Origin: an uncultured Methanoregulaceae archaeon
GTDB lineage: Archaea; Halobacteriota; Methanomicrobia; Methanomicrobiales; Methanospirillaceae
Assembly (NCBI GenBank): GCA_963717525.1
Contig: OY970343.1
Location: forward strand, 1,376,001-1,440,000
DNA: 64,000 nucleotides
Direction: 5' to 3'
Of this stretch, positions 55,661 to 64,000 are shown in pieces. Within the stretch, counting starts at the first letter, position 1, and every line of letters begins with the position of its first letter. The notes under the pieces are model-generated. The model saw only the letters and a program-made list of their open reading frames with translations, did no database searches and was not told the origin of the DNA. The translations under genes and the position numbers were made by a program.

Positions 55661-56116
55661 TTTTTAGAGGACTTGCGCCGGTTGGAGTGAGAAAAACGGA
55701 CCTTACCAGTTTTGCCGGGAAAGTAGTTGTTGGCGTATCCATAGCGATCGTACTGGCTTTTATCGCTCTGATTGCCTTGGCGGTCTTCTGTGTGGGCCTC
55801 GGGGCCGTTTCGTCAGTAACAAACCCTCATGTAGCGCAGGACACCCAGCAAGAGGTACCAACAATTACAGGAGAATATCAGCCACGCGCAGGTCGGGATC
55901 TCCGGTGCAGTCCAGAATATTACCGGCGGTTGACATCCTAAAACCCCATTTTTCTCAGATTTTTGTGGGAACGGGTAGGCCTAAAAAGGTGAAAATTCCC
56001 GGATTTTTATCTGGCCTCCCTGGCAGTATATAAAAATCGTTTTTCGCCTGTGAATCTAGATTATACGGGCTCCGATTTGGCAAATACTCTATGATATTGG
56101 CGTTATTTTATGCCCC

Positions 56117-56713
56117 TTACGAGGTGCAGCCCCATCCTTTCACTTGTTCCTTGATGGCTTCCCGCTCTGCCTGCGTCCATGAGATGTTAAAATAATGCCG
56201 CAGCGCCGTTGTTTCTGTGTGTCCCTGTGAGAGAACGATGTTGATTACCTTATCCGGGTAGGCTGCGAGTAGCCAGCTCTCCCACGTCTTCCGGCTCGTG
56301 CGGACCGTGATCCCGGTTGGGTTGCTGCTCTCCTCATTCCCTGGTAGTGCCTGAATACGTGCCCGCTGTGCCCACCGGATAAGGTTTGATTGCCAGACAT
56401 GGGGGGAGCTCGGGACAGAGGGATTTTTCAGATATTCCTCAACTGCGAGAAGCCCTTTATCGGACAGACATACATTCCGGGATATCTGGGAGGCCTTCGC
56501 TTTGCCGCTCTTGATCGTGATGGTCTTGCGATCCTGGTCGAATATCCCGGGGTTGTTTGTCAGCTGTTGAACTTCCGCTAATCGCAGACCGGTATAGAGC
56601 ATAAGGTTAAAGAGTGCCTTGCTTGACGGTTTCTCAATGACATCCCGGATCTTGTCCGCTTCAATGGGAGTAAATACCCGGCTTGAATTGCATGTGAGAG
56701 CGCTGCTTGCCAT
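56117..56713 (-). CDS. Short tyrosine recombinase (catalytic domain only)
   Basis: YTGLRLAE, TSRKTWESWL, SQGH, LRHY. Confidence 0.8.
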   Translation of the reverse strand: MASSALTCNSSRVFTPIEADKIRDVIEKPSSKALFNLMLYTGLRLAEVQQLTNNPGIFDQDRKTITIKSGKAKASQISRNVCLSDKGLLAVEEYLKNPSVPSSPHVWQSNLIRWAQRARIQALPGNEESSNPTGITVRTSRKTWESWLLAAYPDKVINIVLSQGHTETTALRHYFNISWTQAEREAIKEQVKGWGCTS

Positions 56714-57270
56714 AATAGATAATGGGTTTGTTAGTATTTAAAAGAGTATACTTTAAGATAGAACTATACCCAATATCTCTTCTATTTCTCTTTACTTTGG
56801 GAATAATCCAGTTTTGTAACACCGAGTAACACGAAAATGAAAAAGCGTATGCGTGAATAGTCAGGTTTCGTTTCTTGTGATCGAGTCTCGGGACCCTTGG
56901 CAGTATTACTTGTTTTAACAAAAGTATGCTTGATGTAAGAATATAATGCGCCGTTTTCATACTTCGGATAGGTACGATGATCCTGGTCATCAGTCGTTGT
57001 CAGAAGCGAGTTGTCGGAGGATTTTATGTATCTGAATGAAAAAGTTTCCGGTGATTAAAGAGGGTATTTGTTATTACCTCGATACTATCCTCGTGGTCAG
57101 GTACAGGGGGAATCACTGCATAGGGCACAGTACAGAGGGTAGGTCTTCAATTTACCGTTCTTTTCTGTATTATCACCCATTACCTGTCTGTTACCCTTAC
57201 CCATTCAGAGGCTATTACCTCTATTAATACCTTTTTTTATTATTATAAGAGAGAGAAGGGAAATGCTAAT

Positions 57271-57297
57271 GCATGGTTGCTTGCGCATGGTTGCTTG
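57271..57297 (+). repeat. Tandem 13-bp repeat in non-coding region downstream of rep
   Basis: GCATGGTTGCTTG at 57271 and 57285. Confidence 0.8.
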
Positions 57298-57386
57298 TAT
57301 ATACGGTTTTGGAAAATAGGGGTAATGGGGTATTAGCGTCGGAGAGGGGGGAAATATTAGGGGTATTGGGGGGGGATTGATGGCCC

Positions 57387-59714
57387 TCACTTCCTCAGCC
57401 AAAAGGTGTGTATGTCGTTTATGCCCGGGATGCTTTCCCGGGAGTATTCTAGTCTTGGTTCGTTCCCCATGAGTCCACCTTTGGGGTTTTGGAAAGTCCC
57501 TGCTTTCCCGCGAAGGGCTTTGTAGACGGCTTGTATTGTAAGCCCGGTGCTGTCTTGGATTTCCTGTGCGGTCTTATGTTTTCCATCCGCAAGACACTGC
57601 ATTACAACAGTCTCGTTCCTTAAGAAGCCCGGTGTTGTACTGTTAATCATCGGTTTGGAGTATGTCAGGAACTGGTCAATAGCGAGAAAATCGGCATCAG
57701 TGGTTGTGGTCCTGTTGCATAAGATTGCGTGCGCTTGTACCAGTGTCAAATACCGTTTAAATTCTCGAATTGGGATCTCATTGTCAATCGATTTATGGAG
57801 GGTCACGACATCAGGGGCGATCAAAGACCACGCAGCATAGATAATATCAAGGTCCGGCCCGATATCCGGGTGAGGTTCTTGGATAAAAGCGCGGATCTTC
57901 GTCATCTGTTCCGGGGTCCTGCGTACTTCAAGCGTCAAGAACCGGGACTCATCCTGCCCTTCGTCAGTCTCTTGTACCACGCTCTCGACAGCCGTGAGGA
58001 TCAGACTTATCCTGGCGGGGATATGCAGGTTTTTGGGGTCGTGGTTTACGACAGTTCCCCGGTCTACGCCGGTGAACCACGATGTAAGCATATTCCTGTA
58101 CAGCGCCGCAACGTTCTCAGAAAGAACCGTATCATCCGAAAAAACCAACATGCCTTCATGCAGATCCCCGATTTTACTGGCATGATACAGATACATATCC
58201 GAGAATGTCTTGGTTAAACGATCGGCCAGGGGAATAAATAGCAAGGACTTTTTTACACTGTCACTCTTGCCGCTCTGCGTCTGTCCGTTGACAAACAGGT
58301 GTATCCCGTCGCTGGCATTTAGAACGCGGATGTTGGCTGCCGTAAGGAGGATCCCCATGAGAATGTGTGTGTCGCCAAACCATACTTTCCCGAAGGTATC
58401 GTTACAATATTTCAAGAATCCCCCGCTCTCGTAGATCTTCCGGGCGGTTGTTATAGTCTCTGGGGACAGTTCCGGTGCCGGTGCCTGCTGATTGATAACA
58501 TCGGCCTTTTTAATGAGTGCCGCTGCTTTTTTCCCCTATATCTATATCCTTCATTGCGGCGGGTGCCGCCCCGGTACATTCACAGGAGTGTGCTCCCCTT
58601 TCACCTTCTCGACAGGAAAACCCGGCCGCACATGGCGGGCGGCCCTCCTGGAGAGTTGCGTGAGTTCCTCAACATCATCACGGTTGTTCTGCTTGTGCGG
58701 GGGCTTGCAATGCTCCCGGGAGAACTGCCATAGTTCGGCGAGGATGTCCTTTTCCTCATACCCGCACCGGCGCAAGGTGCAGGACATACATAAACAGTGT
58801 GTGGTTTCCGTTGGCCTGCCGGGACAGTTGTGTACTTCTTGCAGAATGCCGCAAGGATTGCCGCCGCTCTCTTCTCGGTCGGGATCTCCAGCTCGCTCTC
58901 TGGAAGGTTTGAATATTTTTTGATCTCCCTCTGGCGTTCCTGAGTTAAGGAAGACAGGTATTCCGTCAGGGCGTCTGGCTCGGCATTAACGACAGCGAGA
59001 TTGTGGAGGCCTCATAGAGGCTTGATTCCTGGGGCACTTTTCACGGGTGTTGCTGTAGGTTTGGGCACTGCTGACGACTTGGGGATTTCTGAAGCATTCT
59101 GACAGCCTCCTGGCTTATCAGGTCAAAGTCATCACAGCACAAGATGGATATGCCTCGGCTTGATGGATTTTTCCGCTGCCGCTGTCACGTAAGCGCCTCC
59201 CGGTATGCCAATTGGCGATTGAATTCCGGATCGCTGGTTGGGAGCGGGTTCCACAGGTCCCCGGTCATGATTATGAATCTCGGGGCACCGCCATAAATTT
59301 CCAGGCCCGGTACTGGGTTTGTCGGGTATTCTCTTCCTGATGCCCAGATCAAGGATATGTAGACCCGTCCCCGGATACAGACTTTTCGATGTATGCCCCC
59401 TCGCACCGTGAGACGATCCGCACTGCCAGCGGGGTTAGGTTCCCCCGTGGATCGATGCAGTGGTCAAGATCCAGAACCCGGAGCGGATAATCTGCGCCGA
59501 GCACGAACGCCGGGTGTGTTCCGATGCAGAACTCAATTGCCGTCAGAACTTCGGGTAAGGTCGCCCAGTCAATCGGATTGTCGCACCGGGCAAGCGTCCC
59601 CCGGACGGTCAGCGGGATCTTTTTCACCGATCCGTCTGGCTGGGGGGTGCACCGGAAGACGACCCACCGGCGAGCGCCCTTTAAGGGCTCCGGGATATTA
59701 TCAGAGTGGATCAT
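57387..59714 (-). CDS. Primase-polymerase + P-loop helicase + wHTH replication protein, broken by several frameshifts
   Basis: LDLDHC, YIEKSVSGDG, LEIY...RFIIMTG in consecutive frames; Walker A GQTQSGKS, Walker B VFSDD; C-terminal HTH. Confidence 0.7.
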
Positions 59715-59986
59715 GCCTCTTCCTCCCGCTGGAATTTGTTGATCGCGGCGGTCTCGTCCTCCATACCGGCGGTGATATCCCCGTTTTGGATACGCTCGGC
59801 GACGGTCCGGTCATCGTCAAGGAGATACAACCGCCGGATAGCGGCAAGTTGTGTGGGAGAGAGCCGGTCGAGGTCATCGTCTTCCCGTCGAAGAAGAGAG
59901 AGCATTTCGGTGCGAGTGGTCGGAATATCACCCGCGAACGGCGTGTAGGGCTTATCAGGCGTCCGTTCTTGTAACATGTCCAACAC
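59711..59986 (-). CDS. Hypothetical protein in rep operon
   Basis: Stop overlaps rep ATG (ATGA). Confidence 0.5.
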   Translation of the reverse strand: MLDMLQERTPDKPYTPFAGDIPTTRTEMLSLLRREDDDLDRLSPTQLAAIRRLYLLDDDRTVAERIQNGDITAGMEDETAAINKFQREEEA

Positions 59987-60149
59987 CTACCGGGGCCTGC
60001 CGCCCATCGTCGATTATGACCACTCCTTCTTCGCGCATGAACGCAAGCGCGACGCCATCAGGAATCCCGATTGAACGGCCCCAGCTGATGACGGCCCCGC
60101 GATGGAACATCGTCATTCCGGTGCCGTGGCTCTGAACTCCGGCGGTCAT
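59955..60149 (-). CDS. Small hypothetical protein in rep operon
   Basis: ATGA overlap with RHH gene, GAGGAGG SD. Confidence 0.45.
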   Translation of the reverse strand: MTAGVQSHGTGMTMFHRGAVISWGRSIGIPDGVALAFMREEGVVIIDDGRQAPVGVGHVTRTDA

Positions 60150-60298
60150 TCTGCGTCCTCCTCGCCGGGGCTCCTGAATTTTTCAATTAAACGGGTCACA
60201 ACGTCGTCGTACGTTTCATTGAACCGCCCGAGTTCGCCAAGGCGTTGCACTGTGCTTCTCTGAAGCGCGATCGTGGTTTTTGATCGTGTGTCCTTCAT
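60146..60298 (-). CDS. Ribbon-helix-helix (CopG-like) regulator, 50 aa, absent from ORF track
   Basis: Manual translation MKDTRSKTTIALQRSTVQRLGELGRFNETYDDVVTRLIEKFRSPGEEDAE. Confidence 0.7.
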   Translation of the reverse strand: MKDTRSKTTIALQRSTVQRLGELGRFNETYDDVVTRLIEKFRSPGEEDAE

Positions 60299-60427
60299 AC
60301 AGACTATAATTTCTCATTCCGCTTATAGGGCGGTTAAGATATAAGATAACTTAATCAAAAAAGGTATGTTTTAAAATAACCTTTTTGTGCAGGAAGTTAT
60401 ATCATATCATAATTCAAAGATATTAGT

Positions 60428-60892
60428 ATGAAACCCGATGCCCGTAAACGCAACTATGGATGTCTGACCCCCCTCATGCGTGAACATCTACAAACGAGAA
60501 ACAAGACAGAGCCAATCGACGAGAAAGAAAGGGACAACCGCAAACAATCTGATTTTGTAATAACACGTCACGCAAAACAAGCCTTGAAAGATCTTGCGCT
60601 TGTAGCTGCTGCATATCCGGAAAAAAGAACCCAAGATATTTTTTCAATCGATGATCTAACAACTTTGGTAAGTGCAATCATCTTTAAGAATGGAAGTGAT
60701 GTCACCAATCACGGCCCGTATTACCATGTTCTGATTGACGCCATTATTGCTGCAATGAATTCATCCCCCAACGGAGAGATCACACATCTGAAATTCCATA
60801 TTGAACCCCAGTTGTACGGTTCGAAGAGCGGCAGACCACTGGATTTAACCAACACACTCACAAAACGGATTTCTGACCCTGTGAAAAAATAG
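60428..60892 (+). CDS. Hypothetical protein, divergent from rep operon
   Basis: 154-aa AT-rich ORF convergent with integrase. Confidence 0.6.
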   Translation: MKPDARKRNYGCLTPLMREHLQTRNKTEPIDEKERDNRKQSDFVITRHAKQALKDLALVAAAYPEKRTQDIFSIDDLTTLVSAIIFKNGSDVTNHGPYYHVLIDAIIAAMNSSPNGEITHLKFHIEPQLYGSKSGRPLDLTNTLTKRISDPVKK

Positions 60893-60902
60893 GTTATATT
60901 TT

Positions 60903-62076
60903 TCATTTTTGTATCTGTCTTTGGGGAGTTGTACGGGCACTTTCTAATAAATCCGCCAACCTCCGGAGTTTTGCCGGGTCGGATGCAAAGCGCCGGACAT
61001 CGTCTTCTTCGTTCGCTGCCTCTTCAGTAAGAGACCTGCCGCACCTGATACAGAATTGAGCCCCGGGTACATTGACGGTTGAACAGTGGGGACATTGTAC
61101 CGGCTTCATGCTCGGACCTTTTGGCCGTCCTACACGCGCCACTCCCGCTTTCCCGAGAAGGATATCATCAACCCGATCATTGGACAGATGGGTATAGGTT
61201 GCCATCATGGGCGTTGCGATATTGCCCCATGCCTGTAATTTAATCACGCTCTCGGGGATCTCTTGTGCAACCATAGCAGTTATCCGGCTATGCCTGAGGA
61301 TGTACGGGAACACTCCTTTAAGGCCCGTTGCCTCTGCTGCGGTCATTATAATTTTGTCAAAATACTGACGGGACAGTATTTTACCCGTACCCGTGACGAA
61401 TACCCGCGCGTCCCCTTCCGGAGTCCCCGGGTGATAGTCCGCTTTCCATGCTGCCAGATATGGGGCGTACTGGATAAACCGAATGTACCGGGGTTTGCCG
61501 GTTTTCTTTGACGTATTGAAAACCGCGCCGTACTGGTCGAACTTTAACTGTTCCCATGTGGCCTCCCTTACTTCGATGGGTCTTAATGCCCCCTCATACA
61601 TGAACGCAATGAGAGCCCGGTCCCGGGGGTTCCGACAGGACCGGATCATCTGGTCTATTTTTTCCTCCGGGATCATCTGCGATGCAGTCTTTGTTGCCTT
61701 GTCTGCCGCCGGCGGTTTGATGCTGTCCAGTTTCTTAACGCTGATGGTAGTGTTGTATTTCTCATCTATGAGCCAATGGCAGAACTCTTTGAGGTAATAG
61801 ACCCTTAACCGCCGGGTGTTTTGCTTCCATAGAGGTTCCACGGCATTGATCGCTTTGATAATGTCCTGAGTCGTACATTGTTTGAAGGGGCCGGTCAAAT
61901 GAGCAAACTTTGAGAGACCCTTTGAGGTTACCAGGGCGGTGGATTCGGATATGTGCTTTGTCGCTTTCCGCTCTTCGCAGAACTCACAGATGAGATCAGC
62001 ATTCTCCCGGGCAGAGGATCCCGGCCTTTACCTGGCTATCCAGATATGAACCGGCATTGATGACCTTGTAAGGCAT
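60903..62076 (-). CDS. int: Site-specific tyrosine integrase with C-terminal zinc ribbon; apparent indel near 62007
   Basis: RDRAL..YEGALRPIE, KKTGKPR, PYILRHSR, AWG, TYTHL, CPHC..CIRC; N-terminus MPYKVINAG...ENADLICEF. Confidence 0.9.
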
Positions 62077-62125
62077 GAATGATAATTGGGAGTAAAAGAA
62101 TACATAGTTACCCCCTCCAAAATTC

Positions 62126-62145
62126 GGCAGATGATGAAAGTTACC
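62126..62145 (+). repeat. attR core, 20 bp (5' end of the sRNA)
   Basis: Identical to 53307-53326. Confidence 0.92.
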
Positions 62146-62182
62146 CCCACTGAAGACCGTGATGATGCAGGGGACTGATGCC
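62126..62182 (+). ncRNA. Box C/D 2'-O-methylation guide sRNA
   Basis: GGCA/TGCC terminal stem; C ATGATGA 62131-37, D' CTGA 62150-53, C' GTGATGA 62159-65, D CTGA 62175-78. Confidence 0.9.
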
Positions 62183-62200
62183 ACCTTACTTTTAAAAAAT

Positions 62201-63352
62201 TCATTTGAACAGGAACGACAGGAATTCTGTTGCTTCCATCGTTCCGAACATCCCGGATTGTGCTTCTTTCTCGGTGAAATGCATGCACCCATCTGTGCCC
62301 TTTCCGGTCACCACAAAAGGCACCGGTTCACGGGAATGCGTCTTGATCCGGATTGGCGTCGGGTGATCCGGGAGGACGGCTACGATTCCGTCAAACTTTT
62401 CCCGTATTGCACCCACAACCCGGTCTACATTCTCGATGGCCCGCACTTTTTCCTCAACGCTCCCAAGGTGCCCTGCCTCATCCGGGGCCTCGATGTGGAC
62501 ATAGACAAAGTCCAGACGTTTGATCGCATCGAGAGCATACCGTGCCTTTGCCATGTAATCCGTATCCAGGTATCCCGTGGCGCCGGGGACTTTGATGACC
62601 TCCATCCCGGCACAGCGGGCGATGCCGTTCAGGAGATCGACAGCCGATATCATTCCCCCCGTGCGGTTATATTTTTGGGAGAACAGGGGAAATGCCGGCC
62701 GCCGCCCACCGCTCCACGGCCAGATCTGCGTCGCCGGGGGCTTGCCCACTTTTACCCGTGCCACGTTTACAGGGTGCCCGCTGAACACTTCGCGGCTCTT
62801 TTCCATGCAGGACAAAAGGAGATCCGCATCCCCGTTCCTCGGCAGGTAACCTGCGATCGGTTGTCCCACGATATCATGGGGAGGTGTCGAATCCGCTGCC
62901 GACCCCCGGGGAACGACAACGAGGTTACGGTAGCTGACCCCGGCTTTTACGACAACTTCAGGCACTTTTGGGGCGAGCGATTCAAAGAGCGCGGCACCTT
63001 CGACGCTGGAGATGTGACCTGCGGAAAAATCCGCCATGATCCCGTCCCTGACGGTCACAATATTGCACCGGTATGCAATATCGGCTGGTGCAAGGTCGAT
63101 TCCCATGCTCAGCGCCTCGAGAGGTCCCCGGCCGGTATAGTACTTCTCCGGGGCGTAACCGAGGATGGACATATTTGCGATATCGCTTCCTGCCTCGAAA
63201 CCGTCGGGGATCGTGTGCAGCATGCCGCACGCGCCTTCCCTCGCCATCCGGTCCATGTGCGGGGTCCTGGCATATTCAAGGGGAGTTTTTCCCCCCAGGT
63301 GCGGGATCGGCTCATCCGCCATGCCGTCCCCGAGAATCAGGATACATTTCAT
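62201..63352 (-). CDS. apgM: Cofactor-independent phosphoglycerate mutase (archaeal type)
   Basis: GDGMAD, KTPLE, GSDIAN, YTGRGPLEA, APDEAGH, DHPTP. Confidence 0.93.
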   Translation of the reverse strand: MKCILILGDGMADEPIPHLGGKTPLEYARTPHMDRMAREGACGMLHTIPDGFEAGSDIANMSILGYAPEKYYTGRGPLEALSMGIDLAPADIAYRCNIVTVRDGIMADFSAGHISSVEGAALFESLAPKVPEVVVKAGVSYRNLVVVPRGSAADSTPPHDIVGQPIAGYLPRNGDADLLLSCMEKSREVFSGHPVNVARVKVGKPPATQIWPWSGGRRPAFPLFSQKYNRTGGMISAVDLLNGIARCAGMEVIKVPGATGYLDTDYMAKARYALDAIKRLDFVYVHIEAPDEAGHLGSVEEKVRAIENVDRVVGAIREKFDGIVAVLPDHPTPIRIKTHSREPVPFVVTGKGTDGCMHFTEKEAQSGMFGTMEATEFLSFLFK

Positions 63353-63373
63353 GATAGTGTGTCCCGGAAACCC

Positions 63374-64000
63374 TTACGCTCCGTCAAGCATTGCCCTGAC
63401 GGCAATCCTGACGCTTTCCCGTGAACCGACCTGAGGTTTCCAGCGCAGCGCCTTTATCTTATCAATCGCGAGCAGCATCTTTGGCACATCGCCGACCCAC
63501 CCGCGTTCGCCCCCGGTAAACCGGAATTTTGTATGGGGGAGGTGCATCTCCTCCGTGACGATCTCCGCTATGCTCTTTACATCGATCCAGTCCTCGGATC
63601 CAATATTGAATATGTTGACCCTGCCCCGGGCGTGCCCGACGGCAAAGAGCATGGCCGCCACGCACTCGTGCACTTCAAGGTAGGATTTTGTCTGTTTTCC
63701 GTCGCCAAGGATCTCAAGTTCAGCGGGGTTCGTTTCAAGTTTATGGATAAAATCGGTGATCACCCCGTGACCGCTCCGGGATCCGATGATATTGGCAAAC
63801 CGGAACATCCATGCGCTCATGCCAAACGAGTGGCAGTACGCGGAGATCAGTGCCTCACAAGCGAGTTTGCTCGCGCCGTAGACAGAAATAGGTTCAAGCG
63901 GAGTATAACTTTCAGGTGTCGGGATAACCTTCGCATCACCATAAACTGTCGAGGTCGAGGTGAACACCATCTCGGGAATGTTGCAGTGGCGCATCGCTTC
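63374..64000 (-). CDS. NAD-dependent epimerase/dehydratase (5'-truncated by window edge)
   Basis: TSTSTVYG, YGASK, RFANIIG, GWVGDV. Confidence 0.9.
   Translation of the reverse strand, partial: EAMRHCNIPEMVFTSTSTVYGDAKVIPTPESYTPLEPISVYGASKLACEALISAYCHSFGMSAWMFRFANIIGSRSGHGVITDFIHKLETNPAELEILGDGKQTKSYLEVHECVAAMLFAVGHARGRVNIFNIGSEDWIDVKSIAEIVTEEMHLPHTKFRFTGGERGWVGDVPKMLLAIDKIKALRWKPQVGSRESVRIAVRAMLDGA

Larger units (their letters stand above)
53307..62145. mobile_element. Integrated plasmid-like element (~8.8 kb) inserted in a box C/D sRNA gene
   Basis: Exact 20-bp terminal direct repeats; integrase abutting the right repeat; Rep, RHH, second recombinase, AT-rich cargo. Confidence 0.88.

Noticed and set aside
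62126..62182. TIGR-like array of C/D-box repeats
   Set aside because: Only a single C/D unit plus one 20-bp partial copy 8.8 kb away; no Nop-domain gene nearby.
62159..63424. 421-aa plus-strand ORF
   Set aside because: Antisense shadow of apgM; the same applies to 230..1336, 8588..9577 and similar shadow ORFs.

Overview
Chromosomal window from a methanogenic archaeon of the Methanomicrobiales (Methanoregula-like; inferred from mch, EF-1alpha, L7Ae, CetZ, CobZ and a solo Cas1). Most of it is housekeeping: an ABC transporter, uL16, the fum-kor-suc TCA branch, tRNA-Gln, glmM, two paaK-like ligases, cob genes, tuf-rps10, N-glycosylation genes, rpl7ae-rps28e-rpl24e-ndk, thrC, mch, cdc6 and apgM. 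Several conserved genes carry single-base frameshifts, which points to indel errors in the assembly. Three regions stand out. (1) An ~8.8 kb integrated plasmid-like element (53307-62145) with a tyrosine integrase, a primase-polymerase/helicase Rep, a second recombinase and surface-protein cargo. It is bounded by an exact 20-bp direct repeat that is the 5' end of a box C/D guide sRNA, whose D' guide matches 23S rRNA helix 69, so the element appears to integrate into a methylation-guide RNA gene rather than a tRNA. (2) An xerA locus with an 11-6-11 dif-like palindrome and a serine recombinase, the whole enclosed by 30-bp inverted repeats. (3) An array-less, catalytically degenerate Cas1 converging on a 1193-aa helical-repeat protein plus acylphosphatase operon.
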